Assembly: GCF_009914755.1 (NCBI RefSeq)
Contig: NC_060945.1
Strand: one strand, 5' to 3'
DNA length: 64,000 nucleotides
DNA from: the human T2T-CHM13v2.0 reference genome, Homo sapiens
The translations under genes and the position numbers were made by a program. The notes under the pieces are model-generated. The model was not told where the DNA came from, made no database searches, and saw nothing but the letters and a program-made list of their open reading frames with translations. The number at the start of each line of letters is the position of its first letter. Positions within the stretch are counted from its first letter, which is position 1. Shown here one piece after another: positions 46,153 to 61,044 of the stretch.

Positions 46153-47456
46153 TTTACTAATCCCTTGTAGATTATAGTCTCCCAGGAAAATGATTACTCA
46201 GTGAAACAGTAGGAAAGTGTAAAGGTTTAATAGGAGAAGCCGGAATATATTCCAAAAGGGTTGTGAAAGCCGTACTGTAAATAGTAGTTTCTGAATTTAT
46301 CTGCTTTTATGTATCCAGAACCTCTTGGTTGTCAACATTCTTTTAATTTTTTTGTCAATCTGCTATCTATGTGGCAAAAAAACATGTTTCTATTTCAATT
46401 TTTCAACTGATATATTTGAGTTACCTTTCAGTTGATTTATACTTATTTGAGTTTTCTGTTCCCTCAGTTAATCCGCTCAATTCCTTGGCCCTGTGAGGGG
46501 TTTCTCTCACCTTGGAGTCCCCAAGCACTGACACCTTTGTCAGGTGTGGGGTTGCTGTAGTTATTTCTCAACACTCCCTTTAAGGTTTTAAAAGACCCAG
46601 TTCAGTTGCTTTAAGTCAAAAGGGTTGTCTTAGGGTATCTTATCCTGTGCCCTGTCTCTAAAACAGAAAGAAAGTGAGCCTTCCCCATGCCCTTCCCCCT
46701 AAGTCAGGGACAGACATAGAGCCTCAGGTAGCTTAAAGGGAATTTCATGCAACCCCCACCGTGGAAGATTCTCTTTCTTACTTGTGTTTTTCTGAGCAGC
46801 CATTTGACATCACAAAGCTTTATTTTCTCATTTGTAGGCTGAGTATGTTTTTTTGGGAATTCTCTGGGATAATGCTCTTCATAAAGATTATTAATACAAG
46901 TGGGTGCTGTTGTCTTACAGCTGATATGATATCGTGAAGGCCTTGAATGTATTCATGGATTAATTATTCTCTACCTCCACATTAAATTTGATATCAGAGG
47001 CCTAAAACCTTTTTCACCATAAACACCCATGTCCTCCACATGCCCAAGTCTCTGAAGGATGGAGATTTCCTCATCCAAGCTCCACATTCCAAGCCTCTGG
47101 TGTTTCATGGTCTTGCCATGAAAAGTCTTGTCCCCTCCCCAAGAGGAAATGAGTCTATTCTTAACCTAGAGGTGTGAATGATGCCAATGCGCCAAACCAG
47201 GCACAACGGAGAAGCTGACGAAGTCCCTGACAGCAGCCTTCCAGGGTCAAACTCTCTTCTTTTTATCATTTTTCTCAAGTTTTACCAGGACTTCCTCACC
47301 ACTCTGTAGTTCCTGGACCAGCTGTCTAGTAGTTGAGCATATGTCTTCTCCAAGGCACAGTGGTGACTCTGCCAGCTACTAACTGTGTCTTAGCATACCA
47401 GTGCATCTTTATCAGCCTCAATTTGCATCTTTATAGAGAATTGTAAAATGAACCTC

Positions 47457-48005
47457 TGTTCTGTACGAGAGACATGCAAGGGGAGAAGAAAACACACCCA
47501 AAAAAACCTTTAAGGGTAAACAAGCTTTATCTGACGTAAATGGCAGTGCAGCTATAATAAGCAAATTGCAATGGGAAGGGGAGAAGGGAAACATATATAC
47601 ATATTTACGCCCACCAGACAGCGGAGGATTCATTACCAGACCGGGAAGCAACAGCCTCGACTCCAGAGTAGGTCACCCATCCCTGCACAGACAAGAAGAG
47701 GTCTTAGGAAGTTTCAGCGTGGCCTAGAGCCCTAGTTCTTTTTGTAATGAGTTGTTTGGCATGAGGCCCAGTCACGAGGGCTCTTCACAACTGGGCTCAA
47801 GGAACTGGAAAAGGTTATCTTGTTTTTGCAATTGTCTGTGGTTTTTCAATAACTAACACATAGGAATAGATTGAAATAGATATTTCTTCAAAACAGTGCC
47901 AGATGAATGCTTCAAGCGGCTCATGCAACCTGTCTGAGACTTAATGACCATTGCTTTTGTCCATGTTCAATTGAATTCAAATTTAATATTTAACTTTCCC
48001 CCACA
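47457..48005 (-). mobile_element. Solo LTR (LTR66-like)
   Basis: Complete TG...CA element; 5-bp TSD ACCTC / ACCTT, typical of class III ERVs. Confidence 0.9.
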
Positions 48006-50049
48006 ACCTTATATGTTTTTTGTGAGAAATGAATGGCATACAATATGAAAAGTGGTTTCCTAATGCTCGGCTTTGTGGAAAGCCTGCTGGGGCATGCTCT
48101 GATTGTTCGTATTTATTACTTTTTTCTCTTCTTTCACCCCAGAAGGTCTTTCATGTCACAGTGACTCATGTCCCTCTATAATTGGACAATCATATAGAAA
48201 ACAAACATGTTCTTACATTTGTAAAGGGCACTTGAGCTTCCTGTTAGCTGGACTTTGTCCTTGAAACAGAGAGATCCTGTAGGAAAGAGTCCCCAGGCAC
48301 ACTCAGACATAGCTAAAAAGGTTGTAGTTAGGGCTTATTTATTCATCACATATATATAACGCAGTTTTCCAGACACTTGGCCTAATTCAGTGAAGACAAC
48401 AGATGACAGTTCCTGGGCCACAATTTACTTCAGGGAGTCAGACACTCAGAGTGGACATTATAAGCAGGTCATGATCACAGAATGTGAGAACTGATGTTCT
48501 CATGCTCTCCTCTAGGAATGGATGCACCTGTCAGCTTCTGATCAGAACGACAGACCCAGGATCAAGCATAACATTTAAATAGACGAATAAAACTTTTTTC
48601 CAAAAAGGAACATCGCTTTATGATAAAAACTCTCAACAAATTAGGTGTAAAGTAAATTCACTTCAAAGCATTAAAGGCCATGTATTACAAATGAATAGCT
48701 GGGCGGGCAGATCTGCCATAAGGCAAGGGCATCCGCTTCCCTAGATACATATCCAGGGGCACAGAGAATGAGCAGTTCCAGGGTTGTGTCTCACATGGGG
48801 TCCTCTCCAGGTCGGTTTCAAGAGGACAGGACTGGGGTTCTGTATCCACTTCTGTGGAGAGCTGGAAGTAAAATGAGCTATGCTCCACCTCAGCCTAATG
48901 TAGACAATGGCTACAGAGAAGACTGTTTTCTTCCTCATAAATAGGGGTGCTCGAAGTGGGTAACCTTGATTGTTTCACATACTCATAAGTGTCTGCCAGC
49001 CTTGATTCTTCATTGGTGAACTAAGACTCTTTGCTCTGAAACTCTGCAGAAATGCTTCTACTCCCTGGAGGCCCTTCAAATCAGAGAGAGGCATGGCCAC
49101 TCCAGAGGCATTTTGGGTAGATAAAGATGGGATAGAGCTAAACGTGTCAGAACACTGGACCCTGAGTCTGAAGTCATGGGAAAATGCCAGTTCCTGTTGG
49201 GTTTTTGAGCTCCTCATTTGAAAGTCGTATTAAATAATTTCCCTGGATAAGGGGAGGGTGCCTCATGAGTAAATGGCACACTCCAAATGGTGGAGGCAAA
49301 GAGAGGGCAATGGAGGATTCCAAGGTCACTCAGTGTACTTGGAGCCTTCAGATTCTGCTCCTTTGTCCTCTGGAACTCCAAAGAGTCAGTGTCTTGAGGA
49401 CACAAAACAATGGTACCTGATTTGTTCCATAATGTTCCTGCATGGGGCTGCAGTGTTAGTGATGGCCTGGAGGTGGTTACAGCCTGCTGTGTTTCTGGTG
49501 CCTATTGAGCTTTGCTGGAGCAGCTGGAGCAAGTAAGAGTCACACACCTCATGTTATTATCAACAATTTCCACATTGCCCACTTAGCCAATCTTTTTTCC
49601 CTTGCACTCACCCTTTGCCAGCTACCCTGGTGGGTCCAACATGTGGCACAGAAAATGATTACATCATGCCTGCATACCCCTCCAAGGACAGAACAGTCTG
49701 AAGTCAGCTCGACAAAAGCACTAAAGCAAGTATATATAAAAGAAAAGAGCAAGGACTATTATATAAAGTAGAATGTTGAGAAGAAGAGCTGCAAAGTCAT
49801 TGAATGGGGGGACCCAAAGTCCTCACTGAGGTGATCTTTAATCCATGATGAGAATGATAACAGGGAGGCATCTCTGCACAAGAATGTGTCAGTGAGAAGC
49901 CACCCTTGGTGAAGAGTCTTACAGGTGTGAGTTTGGCAGAGATTAGAAAGGGACCAATTTGGTACAGACAGCCTGAGGAAGAGATAAGCAGAGGCATGGA
50001 GAATCCTGGGGCTTGGGAGATGAGGCTAGATATCTGCTCCTTTCTGACA

Positions 50050-51380
50050 ACATTGCCCTAAAACTTAGCACCTTTCAATAGTATATAGTATCTCACAATT
50101 TGTGTGGACCAGAATCTGGACACAGTTTAGTTAGCTGCCTCTGCCTTCCGGTCTCTTATGAGATTGGGGCTGTGGTCTCAACTGAATGTGGACCGGAAAA
50201 GCATCAACCTTTAAGCTCATGCTTGTGAAAATTGGCAGGGTTCAGGGTAGACTGAGAGCATGACTTTACTTCTGTCTACTGCCTGAGCACTCCCTCCGTT
50301 CTTTGTTATGTGCGTCTGTACATAGAGCATCTCATAGCATTGGAGCTTGCTTCCTCTGTTTGAGGAATACAATTGAGAGACAGAATTAGGCAAACAGTTT
50401 CACACAAAGAGACATAAAGAAATGGAAAGACTGAGGAAGCAAATAGGAAAAACCCAGTAGGAGGAATAATGACAGCTTTAAAAAAACTTGAGAGTTACAA
50501 TAATTTGTATTAAAATTGTAACCCCCAGTGTAATGCTATAAGGAGATAGGTTGTAATTAACTCCTGAGGTTGAGGCCATCATGATTGAGATTACTGGCTT
50601 TATACAGGAAACCCCAGAGGGATGTCTGTCTCCTTCTACCAAATGAGAATAAAATTTGATGTGTGCAGTCTGAAATTCAGAAGAGTCATCACCAGAGCTC
50701 AACCATGCTGATACCCTGATCTCAAATTTCCAACCTCTAGGAGTGTGAGAAATTAAATCCTGTTGTCTATAAGCTGTCTAGTTCATGGTTCTTTGGTATA
50801 GCAGCCTGAACTAATACAAAAGTCATACACTATTCTGTATTCCATTTGACAGAAGCTGAATTTGTGCCTTCAAACTGTTAAAAAAAAAAGACTTAAAAAT
50901 TGGATATTCAGAATGAAAGATAAGAAACAGCTTGTTGAAACACTTAAATCTCCTCTGCTTATAAGATTTTAAAAAATTGGCTGAAATATGTTGGAAGCAA
51001 TATGGCCAACTGAAGTCCATGGAGAATGAGTTTGCTGATGTTAGAGCCCAAATTTCCGTTGCATGTTTCATATTAACTCTCCCTGAATATTCATGTGACC
51101 TGTGAGGAAACAAGAGGAGATGACTGTGCATGTCTCATGACTTTCCATATTACTACTTTCCTTCCAGCAATCCCCTCCTAATCCAGAGCCCACTTCTTAA
51201 GCATTTTTTAATCAACACCTTAAAGCCTATATAAGGAAACTGATTTCAGCTGGACTCCTGTCTCCTGTTGGCCAACCTACAACAAGATGCCATTTTTCTC
51301 AAAACCCAAGTGCCATACTACTGGCATCGAGCAGTAGGTCATTTTGTTCAATAACAAACTGAGTCACTAACCACCTAGTG
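50050..51380. mobile_element. Old MLT1 LTR (-) interrupted by an MLT1A/MST LTR (+, ~50490-50818) and another LTR (+, ~50875-51356)
   Basis: MaLR motifs and TG...CA termini; family calls tentative. Confidence 0.6.
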
Positions 51381-51477
51381 CTGGGAGACTTTGTGAAGGC
51401 TTTCCCCAACTTAGGTGAGATAAGGCACATGGATATAATTCTATATATAATAAGAAGTCACTAGAAAGTTTAATAGT

Positions 51478-51819
51478 TGTATTAGTCCATTTTTATACCG
51501 CAATGATGGAATACCTGGGACTGGGTAATTTATAAAGAAAAGAGGTTTAATTGACTCACAGTTCCACAAGATTGGGTGGGGGAGGCTCAGAAACCTTCCA
51601 ATTATGGTGGCCAACAAGTGAAGTGAGTGAGAGCAGGGGATACACCAGAAGCTTATGAAACCATCAGATCTCTTGAGAACTCACTCACTATCACAAGAAC
51701 AGCATAAGAAAAACCCGTCCCCATAATCCAATCAACTCCCCTCAGGTTTCTCCCTTAACACCTGGAGGTTATAATACAAAATGAGGTTTGGGTGGGGACA
51801 CACAGCTAAACCACATCAG
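51478..51819 (-). mobile_element. THE1 LTR
   Basis: TGTATTAGTCC...GAGGTTTAATTGACTCACAGTTCCAC...GGGTGGGGACAC...ATCA. Confidence 0.85.
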
Positions 51820-52909
51820 TGCCAGAGGATGATATCTACATTTAATTTCAACCTCGTACTGCAGCAGAATGAAACTGAAGCCCAGTGGGGAAGTGACTTT
51901 CCCAAGATTACACTGCTGGACCCCAGGCCTACCTGAGTTGTGGCCCATGCTACCTCCCACCTATTCTCCTAATGCTTCCATCTCTAAGTGTGTGCATTAT
52001 TTACATGTGAAACTACACCACGATTTTTACATTTTATCTTATATACATCTGATACATTCCCTAGGAAGTAGATAACATTATCCCCACTGTGCACGCTAGG
52101 AGGCTGGGGAAGCCTCAAATACACAGTGACTTTTATTAGGTCCCAGAGATGGTAAGAAAAACAAGGTTATTTTCCAGCTGTCTCTTATATCCTGGAACCC
52201 AGGATGCATTTAGGTCTTTCCAGGGAATTAAGGGGAAGTTGTGTTTGCATAATTGTGTACAAATAAAGAGTTGACATGGAAGAGGAGACTGAGCAATCAA
52301 TAGCATAGTGGGGCCTTTGGGTAGGTCTTATAGAAATAAGGGGCCCAGTAGATGGAACCTTGAAGAGTTTAACACACTTTCCTGGTGACAGAACCCCACA
52401 GCAGTTAAGAAACCAGGAACCCACATTCTTGAGACAGCTCTGTATCCACCTCTGTTGGTGACAGATGCTCAAGAGAGTGAGATGTCCTTTCATTGTGCCT
52501 TGATATTTCTGAGTTCTAGCCTTACAAAGCCTCAATGTAAAAGCCTTCTCTGATAACACAGATATCAACTCAGCCCTCATTCCTGATACCCCTGGCCATT
52601 GGCCAAGTGCACCTACAGATAACACAGAGCAGCCCAGGACATGTCCATCGAGGCCAGGCCTCTCTCATCATCTCATCTGGGCAGCCCCACGCCACTTCTT
52701 TGTACCATGAGTTGCAGGATGGACAAAAGAGAGGGCACTCTTCTTGGGCAGAAGCCGATTGTCAGGTGTTGGAACTCTTGTGTGTCTGTTATGTTCATAT
52801 TCAGGTCAGAGCTGGCAGAATAAAAATAAGAGAGTTGGGGACTGAGTCTGTATACTCAGATGTGAATAGCAAGACTCTAACCTGATCTCTGGTTTCCTTC
52901 CTTGCTGGA

Positions 52910-55900
52910 GATTTATTTATGTATTTATACTTTAAATTCTGGGATACATGTGCAGAATGTGCAGACTTGTTACATAGTTTTATATTTGCCATGGTGGTTT
53001 GCTGCATCTATCAAACTGTCAGCTAGGTTTTAAGCCCCACATATATTAGATATTTGTCCTAATGCTCTCCTTCACTTTGCCCCCTGACAAGCCCTGATGT
53101 GTGATGTTCCCCTCCCTGTGTCCATGTGTTTTCATTGTTCAAATTTCACTTATGAGTGAGAACATGTGGTGTTTGGTTTTCCGTTCCTGTTAGTTTGCTG
53201 AGAATGATGGCTTCCAGCTTCCTCCATATCCCTGCAATCTGAGGTCTCTGTTCTGTTCCATCGGTCTATATATCTGTTTTGGTACCAGTGTGACTTCCTC
53301 TCTTCCTATTTGCATACCCTTTATTTCTTTCACTTGCCTGATTACCCTGGCCAGAACTTCCAATACTATCTTGAATAGGAGTGCTGAGGGAGGACATCCT
53401 AGTCTTGTGCTGGTTTTCAAAGGGAATGCTTCCGGCACTTGCCTATTAAGTATGATATTGGCTAGGGGTTTGTCATAAACAGCTCTGATTATTTCGAGAC
53501 TTTTTCCGTCAATACGTAGTTTATTTAGAGGTTTTAACATGAAGCGATATTAAATTTAATCAAAGGCCTTTTGTGCATCTATTGAGAAAATCCTGTGGTT
53601 TCTGTCATTGGTTCTGTTTATGTGATGGATTACATTTATTAATTTGCATACGTTGAACCAGCCTTGAATCCCAGGGATGAAGCTGATGTGATCATGGTGG
53701 ATAACATTTTCGATGTGCTGCTGGTTTCAGTTTGCCAGTATTTTATTGAGGATTTTTACATCGATGTTCATCAGGGATATTGGCCTGAAATTTTTGTTGC
53801 GGTTGTGTCTTTGCGAGATTTTGGTATCAGAATGATGCTGACCTCATAAAATGAATTAGGGAGGAGTCCCTCCTTTTTAATTGTTTGGAATAGTTTAAGA
53901 AGAAATGTTACCAGCTGCTCTTTACGCTTCTGGTAAAATTCGGCTGTGAATCCATCTGGTTCTGAGCGTTTTTTTATTGGTAGGCTATTAATTACTGCCT
54001 CAATTTCAGAACTTGTTATTGGTCTACTCAGGGGTTCAACTTCTTCCTGGCTTAGTCTTGGGAAAGTGTATGTGTCCAGAAATGTATCCATTTCTTCTAT
54101 ATTTTCTAGTTTATTTGTGTGGAGATGTCTATAGTATTCTCTCATGGTAGTTTTTATTTCTGTGGAATCAGTGGTGATATCCTGTTTATCATTTTTTAAT
54201 GTGTCTATTTGATTCTTCTCTCTTTTCTTCTTTATTAATCTAGCTAGTGGTCCATCTCTTTTGTTAATCTTTTCAAAAAACCAGCTAGTGGAGTCATTGA
54301 TTTTGAACAGTTTTTCTTGTCTCTATCTCCTTCAGTTCTGCTCTGATCTTAGTTGTTTCTTTCCTTCAGCTAGTTTTTGAATTTGTTTCCTCTTGATTCT
54401 CTAGTTGTTTTAATTGTGATGTTAGGGTGTCGATTTCAGATCATTCCAGCTTTCTGTTGTGGGCATTTAGTGCTAGCATATCCCCTCTTAAAACTGCTTT
54501 AGCTGTGTCCAAGAGATTCTGGTACATTGTCTCTTTGTTCTCATTTGTTTCAAAAAAACTTAATTTCTCTCTTAATTTTGTCATTTACTCAGTAGTCGTT
54601 CAGGAGCAGGTTGCTCAATTTCCATGTATTTATGTGGTTTTTGGTGAGTTTCTTAATCCTGAGTTCTGATTTGGTTGCACTGTGGTCTGAGAGACAGTTT
54701 GTTATGGTTGCCATTCTTTTCCATTTGTTGAGGAGTGTTTTGCTTCCAATTATGTGGTCAATTTTAGAATATGTGCTACGTGGCATGGAGAAGAATGTAT
54801 ATTCTGTTCGTCTGGCATGGAGAGTTCTGTAGTTGTCTATTAGGTCCGCTTAGTCCAGAGCTGATTTCAAACCCTGAATATCCTTGTTAATTTTCTGTCT
54901 CATTGATCTGTCTAATATTGGCAGTGGGGTGTTAAAACTTCCCAGTGTTATTGTGTGGGAGTCTACGTCTCTTTATAGGTCTCTAAGAACTTGTTTTATG
55001 AATCTCAGTGCTCCTCTGTTGGGTAGGTATATATATAGGATAGTTAGCTCTTCTTGTTGCATTGATCCCTTAACCTTTATGTAGTGCCCTTCTTTGTCTT
55101 TTTTCATCTTGGTTTAAAGTCTGTTTTACAAGAAACTAGGATTGAAACCTTGCTTTTTTTTTTGTTGTTGTTGCTTTTTTTGCTTTCCATTTGCCATTTC
55201 TCCTTCCCTTTATTTTGAGCCTATGTGTGTCTTTGCATGTGAGATGTGTCTCCTGAATACAGCACACCAAAGAGTCTTGACTGTTTAACCAATTTGCCAG
55301 GCTCTGTCTCTTAATTGAGGTATTTAGCCCATTTATATTTATGGTTAATATTGTTGTGTGTGAATTTGATCCTGTTATCATGATGCTAGCTGGTTATTTT
55401 GCACATTCGTTGATGCAGTTTTTTCATAGTATCGATTGGTCTTTATATTTTGGTGTGGTTTTGCAGTGGTGAACCATATTTTCCTTTCCATATTTAGTGT
55501 TTCCTTCAGGAGCTTTTGTAAGGCATGCCTGGTGGTGACATAATCCCTCAGCATTTGCTTGTCTGTGAAGGACTTTATTTCCCCTTTGCTTTTGAAGATT
55601 AGTTTGGCTGGATATGAAATTCTGAGTTGAAAATTATTTTATTTAAAAATGTTGAATATTGGCCCCCACTCTCTTCTGGCTTGTAGAGTTTCTGCAAAGA
55701 GATCTGCTGTTAGTCTGATGGGCCTCCATTTGTAGGTAACCTGACTTCTCTCTCTGTCTGCCCTTAACATTATTTCCTTCATTTCAACCTTGGAGACTCT
55801 GGCGATTATGTGTCTTGGAGTTGCTCTTCTCGAGGAGCATCTTAGTGATGTTCTCTGTATTTTCTGAATTTGAATGTTGGCCTGTCTTGCTAGGTTGAGG

Positions 55901-57092
55901 AAGTTCTCCTGGATAATATCCTAAAGTTTGTTTTCTAGCTTGGATCCATTCTTCCTGTCACTTTGAGGTGTACCAATCAATCGTAGGTTTGGTCTTTTCA
56001 AATAGTCCCATATAACTTAAAGGCATTGTTTAGCTCCATCAGGCCATTTATGTTTCTCTCTAAGCTGGTTATTCTAGTTAGCAGTTCCCATAACCTTTTA
56101 TCAAGATACTTAGCTTCTTCGCATTGGGTTAGAACATGCTTCTTTAGCTCAGAGGAGTTTATTATTACCCACCTTCTGAAGCCTACTTCTGTCAATTCTT
56201 CAATCTCATTCTCCATCCAGTTTTGTGTCATTACTGGAGAGGTGTTGTGATCATTGGAGGAGAAAAGGCATTCTTGTTTCTGGAATTTTTGGCATTTTTG
56301 TGCCGGTTTTTCCTCATCTTCATGGATTTATCTACTTTCAATCTTTGGGGCTGATGACATTTGGATGGGGTTTTTTTTGGGGGGGTCCTTTCTGTTGATG
56401 TTGATGTTGTTGCTTTCTGCTTGTTAGTTTTTCTTCTAACAGCAAGGTTCTTCTGCAGGTCCAGTGCAGTTTGCTGGAGTTCCAATCCAGACCCTGTTCA
56501 CCTGGGTGTCACCAGTAAAGGCTGCAGAACAGCAAAGATTGCTGCCTTCTCCTTCTTCTGGAAACTTCATCCCAGGAGGATACCCGCCCAATGCCAAATG
56601 GAGCCCTTTTGTATGAGGTGTCTGTCAACCCCTGTTAGGAGGTTTCTCCCAGTCAGGAGTCACGGGGAACCCACTTGAGGAGACAGTCTCTTAGCAGAGC
56701 TGGTGCACTATGCTGGCAGAATCCCTCTAGTCAAAATCAGCTGCTCTCTTCAGAGCCGGCAGGTAGGAATGATGAAATCCACTGAAGCTGCACCCACAGC
56801 CTCCCCTTCCCCCATGTGCTCTGTCCCAGGGAGATGGAGGTTTTCTGTGTAAGCCTCTGACTAGGGCTGTTACCTTTCCTTCAAATATGCCCTGCCCAAT
56901 GAGGAGGACTCTAAAGAAGCAGTCTGCCACAGCCACTTTGCTGCACCCAACCCGGACCTTCCAGCCTCCTTGGCACTGTCAGGGGAAAACTGTCTACTAA
57001 AGCCTCAGTAATGGTGGACTCCACTCCCCCCAACTGAGCTCAGTTGGCCCAGGTCAACTTCAGACTGCTGTGCTGGCAGCGAGAATTTCAGG
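52910..57092 (-). mobile_element. L1PA (about L1PA7-8) with internal deletions
   Basis: Partial 5' UTR, ORF1 remnant, ORF2 start MITGSNSHTTILTININGLN at ~55381, 3' UTR; sequence jumps at ~56020, ~53289 and ~53238. Confidence 0.9.
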
Positions 57093-57432
57093 ATGAGGAA
57101 CACATTAGCTGTTTGTGATTTTCATGTCTGTTGCAGGGATTTGACCCATTGTTAGTGCTAGATTTGGAGTCTTAAAAAACAGATTTATCTTACTGAACTC
57201 AAAGTACAACTTGAAGATGTACTCAGCTGTTTACTTAAATTGCAGCAGGAGAAAATGTATCTTTGCAGATCTATTTTTATGTCATTTGCTTTTAGAGACG
57301 AGATTGTCTCTGGCACAGTAATTCAACTTAGTCTATGTCAAAAACATAGCCTGAAAATGCTCAAAAAAAATTATGAATAGCGGATTGTATTCTATGTGTT
57401 TTCAAATTTCTTCTATGATGTAAAATATATAA

Positions 57433-57788
<356 letters not shown>

Positions 57789-59949
57789 CACTTTCCCAAA
57801 CTATTAAAAGACCTTCCAAGGTGGGTCAAAAGCATTTTTCAGAGGAGATTATTCCTAACAGTAAAGGATAATAACAGATGGATAAAAATCTCAAATAAAT
57901 TATGCCTCTATTTGCAGAAGTGTCACTCTCCAGAGTCTCCAAGATCCAGAGAATTTCCATGAGGTAGAGTAGTTTGTGGACATTTAGCAAAGTTGGTCCT
58001 GACTGCTGTCTCAGCCTCTTAATAGATGTGCAGCTATAGACAATTTACTGGACTTACAACAGTTATATAAACCTGGGCTGCAAGAAAACGCATAACACTG
58101 ATTGCAAGAATGGCAATCACTTCTCATTCCTCTCTGATCTGGGCCCTCTGCAATGTACACTTGAGGATGCTTCCATGGAGGGAAAGATTTTCTTTTCCCA
58201 AATCTTGGATCGGGCTGGCCTTATTTGCTCTGCCTCATTCATACTTTTTGTTCTAATAAAATAATTAAGATGTTTAGTGTCTCATCCCAGCCTTTATCTT
58301 GTTAAAACTATATCTTATAATATGTCATCTCTCTTTACTATATTTGGTTATATTCATTCTATTCAATACTCAGGTAATTTTTTATCTCTGTTTAATTTAG
58401 TGTTTCACCTATACCTTGTCCTAATTTTTTTATTCTTTACATTCTACCGAGCTGTGATTCAAATATGATATTTGAATATGGAAAATGGTGGCCTAGTTTT
58501 TCTTCAGAAATTTATTTTTATTTACTTGTGTTCTTTAGTTTTTAACTTGGTTCCAATATTTGGGAAATATCACATTTGAGATGTCTGTAGTCATGTTATT
58601 TCTGTGCTTATTCCATTTTCCCTTGGAGGAAGGTGGACAGCATACAGACTTGACATCCTTGTGATCTATCAGTATCTGAAGGGACCACTTTTTTTCAGTT
58701 TGATTACTTCTCTGGCTTATTCTCTTGATTTACTTTAGCTTTCATCAAGTGCTTATATATTTTTAAACTGTATTCATTATTTTCATAGTTCTTGTAGCTT
58801 CTTGAGAACTTTTACTTGTCTACACTAAAATATTTAAAAATATGTAGCCTTTTCTTCTGAAAGCACAAATATGCAGTGTACACATGAGTAGAATATTTCA
58901 TAGGCATTGGGCAGCATACAACCACATATTATGAGATATTCCGTTTCTTCATTCAAAACATCTCTCTCAAATATGTAGTAATAGTCACTTGTAAGGGGTA
59001 GTTCTTTTGATACTTAAAATTTTCTTTTATGTGCCTTTATGAAAATATATACTTAACTACAGAGAACAGAACTCTGTGCTTCCTTTTAGTATGTCCTTGG
59101 CCTCACAAAAATAATTCATGGAATCTTATATTTATTTTATAAATTAATTTAATGAAACAAAATTTGTGCATGGCTAAATATTACTTGTTGAGTACAATTT
59201 AGAATTTCTACTGTCATTTTAGTGTCCTAAAAGATATGACCTGTTGAATTTCTGCTCTCATGAAATGAATGATATTGTTAGGCCTAAACTCTTGCCATTT
59301 ATTTTCCCCCTCTGTCATACAGTGTGTATCTTTGGTTCACTGCTGAAAAATTTTATTAATTTTTCTCTCTTGCTAGTAGTCATACTTTCTAATAAAGTTA
59401 TTTATCATTACTTGTGTTTATTTAGTTACTGTATGTTAAACATTTGATTTCTGATGGTCTTAATGTCATTTAATATAATTGTAAATATTTCAATTTGTCA
59501 TTATTAACAAATTTCTGTATTATATATTTTAGAGTCAGCTATTAAGTATATGTGGGTAAATGACTTAGAATAATTTCTAAAACATTGTAGGGGCTACTAA
59601 GTACTAATAACCCTGATTCATTAAATTTTTATTCCTTATAATATTCTTTATTTACTAAATTATTTTGTAATCTTATTTAAATTTATTCTTTTCTTTTCTA
59701 AATATTTGTGAAAAAGGGGTTAGGCTAATGTGTCATTTTGATAAAACTTCATGTCAAATGATATGTTTCACTGGTTTCTTTTAGATGTAATAGCTTTTTT
59801 GACTCAGGCAATACATGCAAGTATGAAGTATAAAAATTATAGTCTCAATCCTTAAGCTGAGGAAAAACTTGGCTATTTATTGATTTTAACAAAGCTACAT
59901 TATCCCACGTAATACATAAAACTTTCACAAAGCTACATTATCCCACATA

Positions 59950-60935
59950 ACAGGCATACCAGCTGCTTAGATCTGGAAACATGGATTGTTACAAATTAGA
60001 AGTAAATAACTTGATAGGCCCAATTTAACAAATGAAGCTCAAGAAGTGGAAGATATGAGACCTATAATGAAAGATTAAATTATTTTAAAAATCTTACCAC
60101 AAAGAAAAATGAGAGTCAAATACTTTAACTGTTAAATTATACAAAATATTTCATAAAAATACCAATCCTTTACAAATACACACCATACATAGATAAGAGA
60201 TAAACAACCCCTAACTACTTTATGAGGCCAATATTACTATACCAAAGCCAGACAAACCCATCATGTGTTAGGATTAATATGGGTACATACGGCTGATAAA
60301 TAAAGACACATAATTCTCAAAAAGTACTAATAAGTTAAATACAGAAACACGTAAAAGTAATTATACACCATGGCCAAGTACAATCTTTTTACAAATGAAG
60401 TGGCTTAATATCTAAAAACCAATAATTTAATACACAACATTGATAAAGTGAAGAACATAAAATGATCCTTTTAATAGACACAGAAAAGCTTGTGATACAA
60501 ACAACACTGATTCATTATAAAATCCTTAACATACTAGGAAGGAAAAACTTACTGGAACTACTAAAAAAGATTCATGAAAATTTCCCACTAATATTACACT
60601 TGCTGATGAAAGACTAGGCTCTTTGCCTCACAGTTGTGGGAAACAGATAAGCATGGCTACTTTCGCTACTCTACTAAATTGAACTAAAGGTGTTAGGCAG
60701 AGAAATTATATAATAAAAACAAATAAAACTTCTAAATTTATAAAATAAACTTTTATTGTAAATGGCATCAACTTATATTCAAGAATTTTTAAAGAGTTTA
60801 CAAAAATCAACTGGAACTAATAAATGAGTTCAGCAGGTCACAAGATACAAGATAAATGCACAATATTAAATTGCACTTTTATACAGTAACTGGGGGCAAT
60901 CAGTAAATAAAATTAGAAAAAATAATTCTACTCAT
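59950..60935 (+). mobile_element. Ancient L1M ORF2 fragment
   Basis: Degenerate ORF2-like text (TTTTATGAGGCCAATATTAC, TAATAAATGAGTTCAGCAGGTCACAAGATACAAG). Confidence 0.7.
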
Positions 60936-61044
60936 TAGCTCAATGTGTAGTGGCTTAAAATTCCAAATATGCATTATGTCTTATTTTCTGTTGGCTACAA
61001 ATACTGACACAGCTTAGTTGAATGGGTCTACCACAATGTCCTCA

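Noticed and set aside
48685-49771. Short ORFs in non-repetitive-looking sequence
   Set aside because: No recognisable domain or consistent splice structure
59891-59950. 22-bp direct repeat AAAGCTACATTATCCCAC(G/A)TAA; a similar 20-bp duplication lies at ~63345-63385
   Set aside because: Simple local slippage duplications with no further structure
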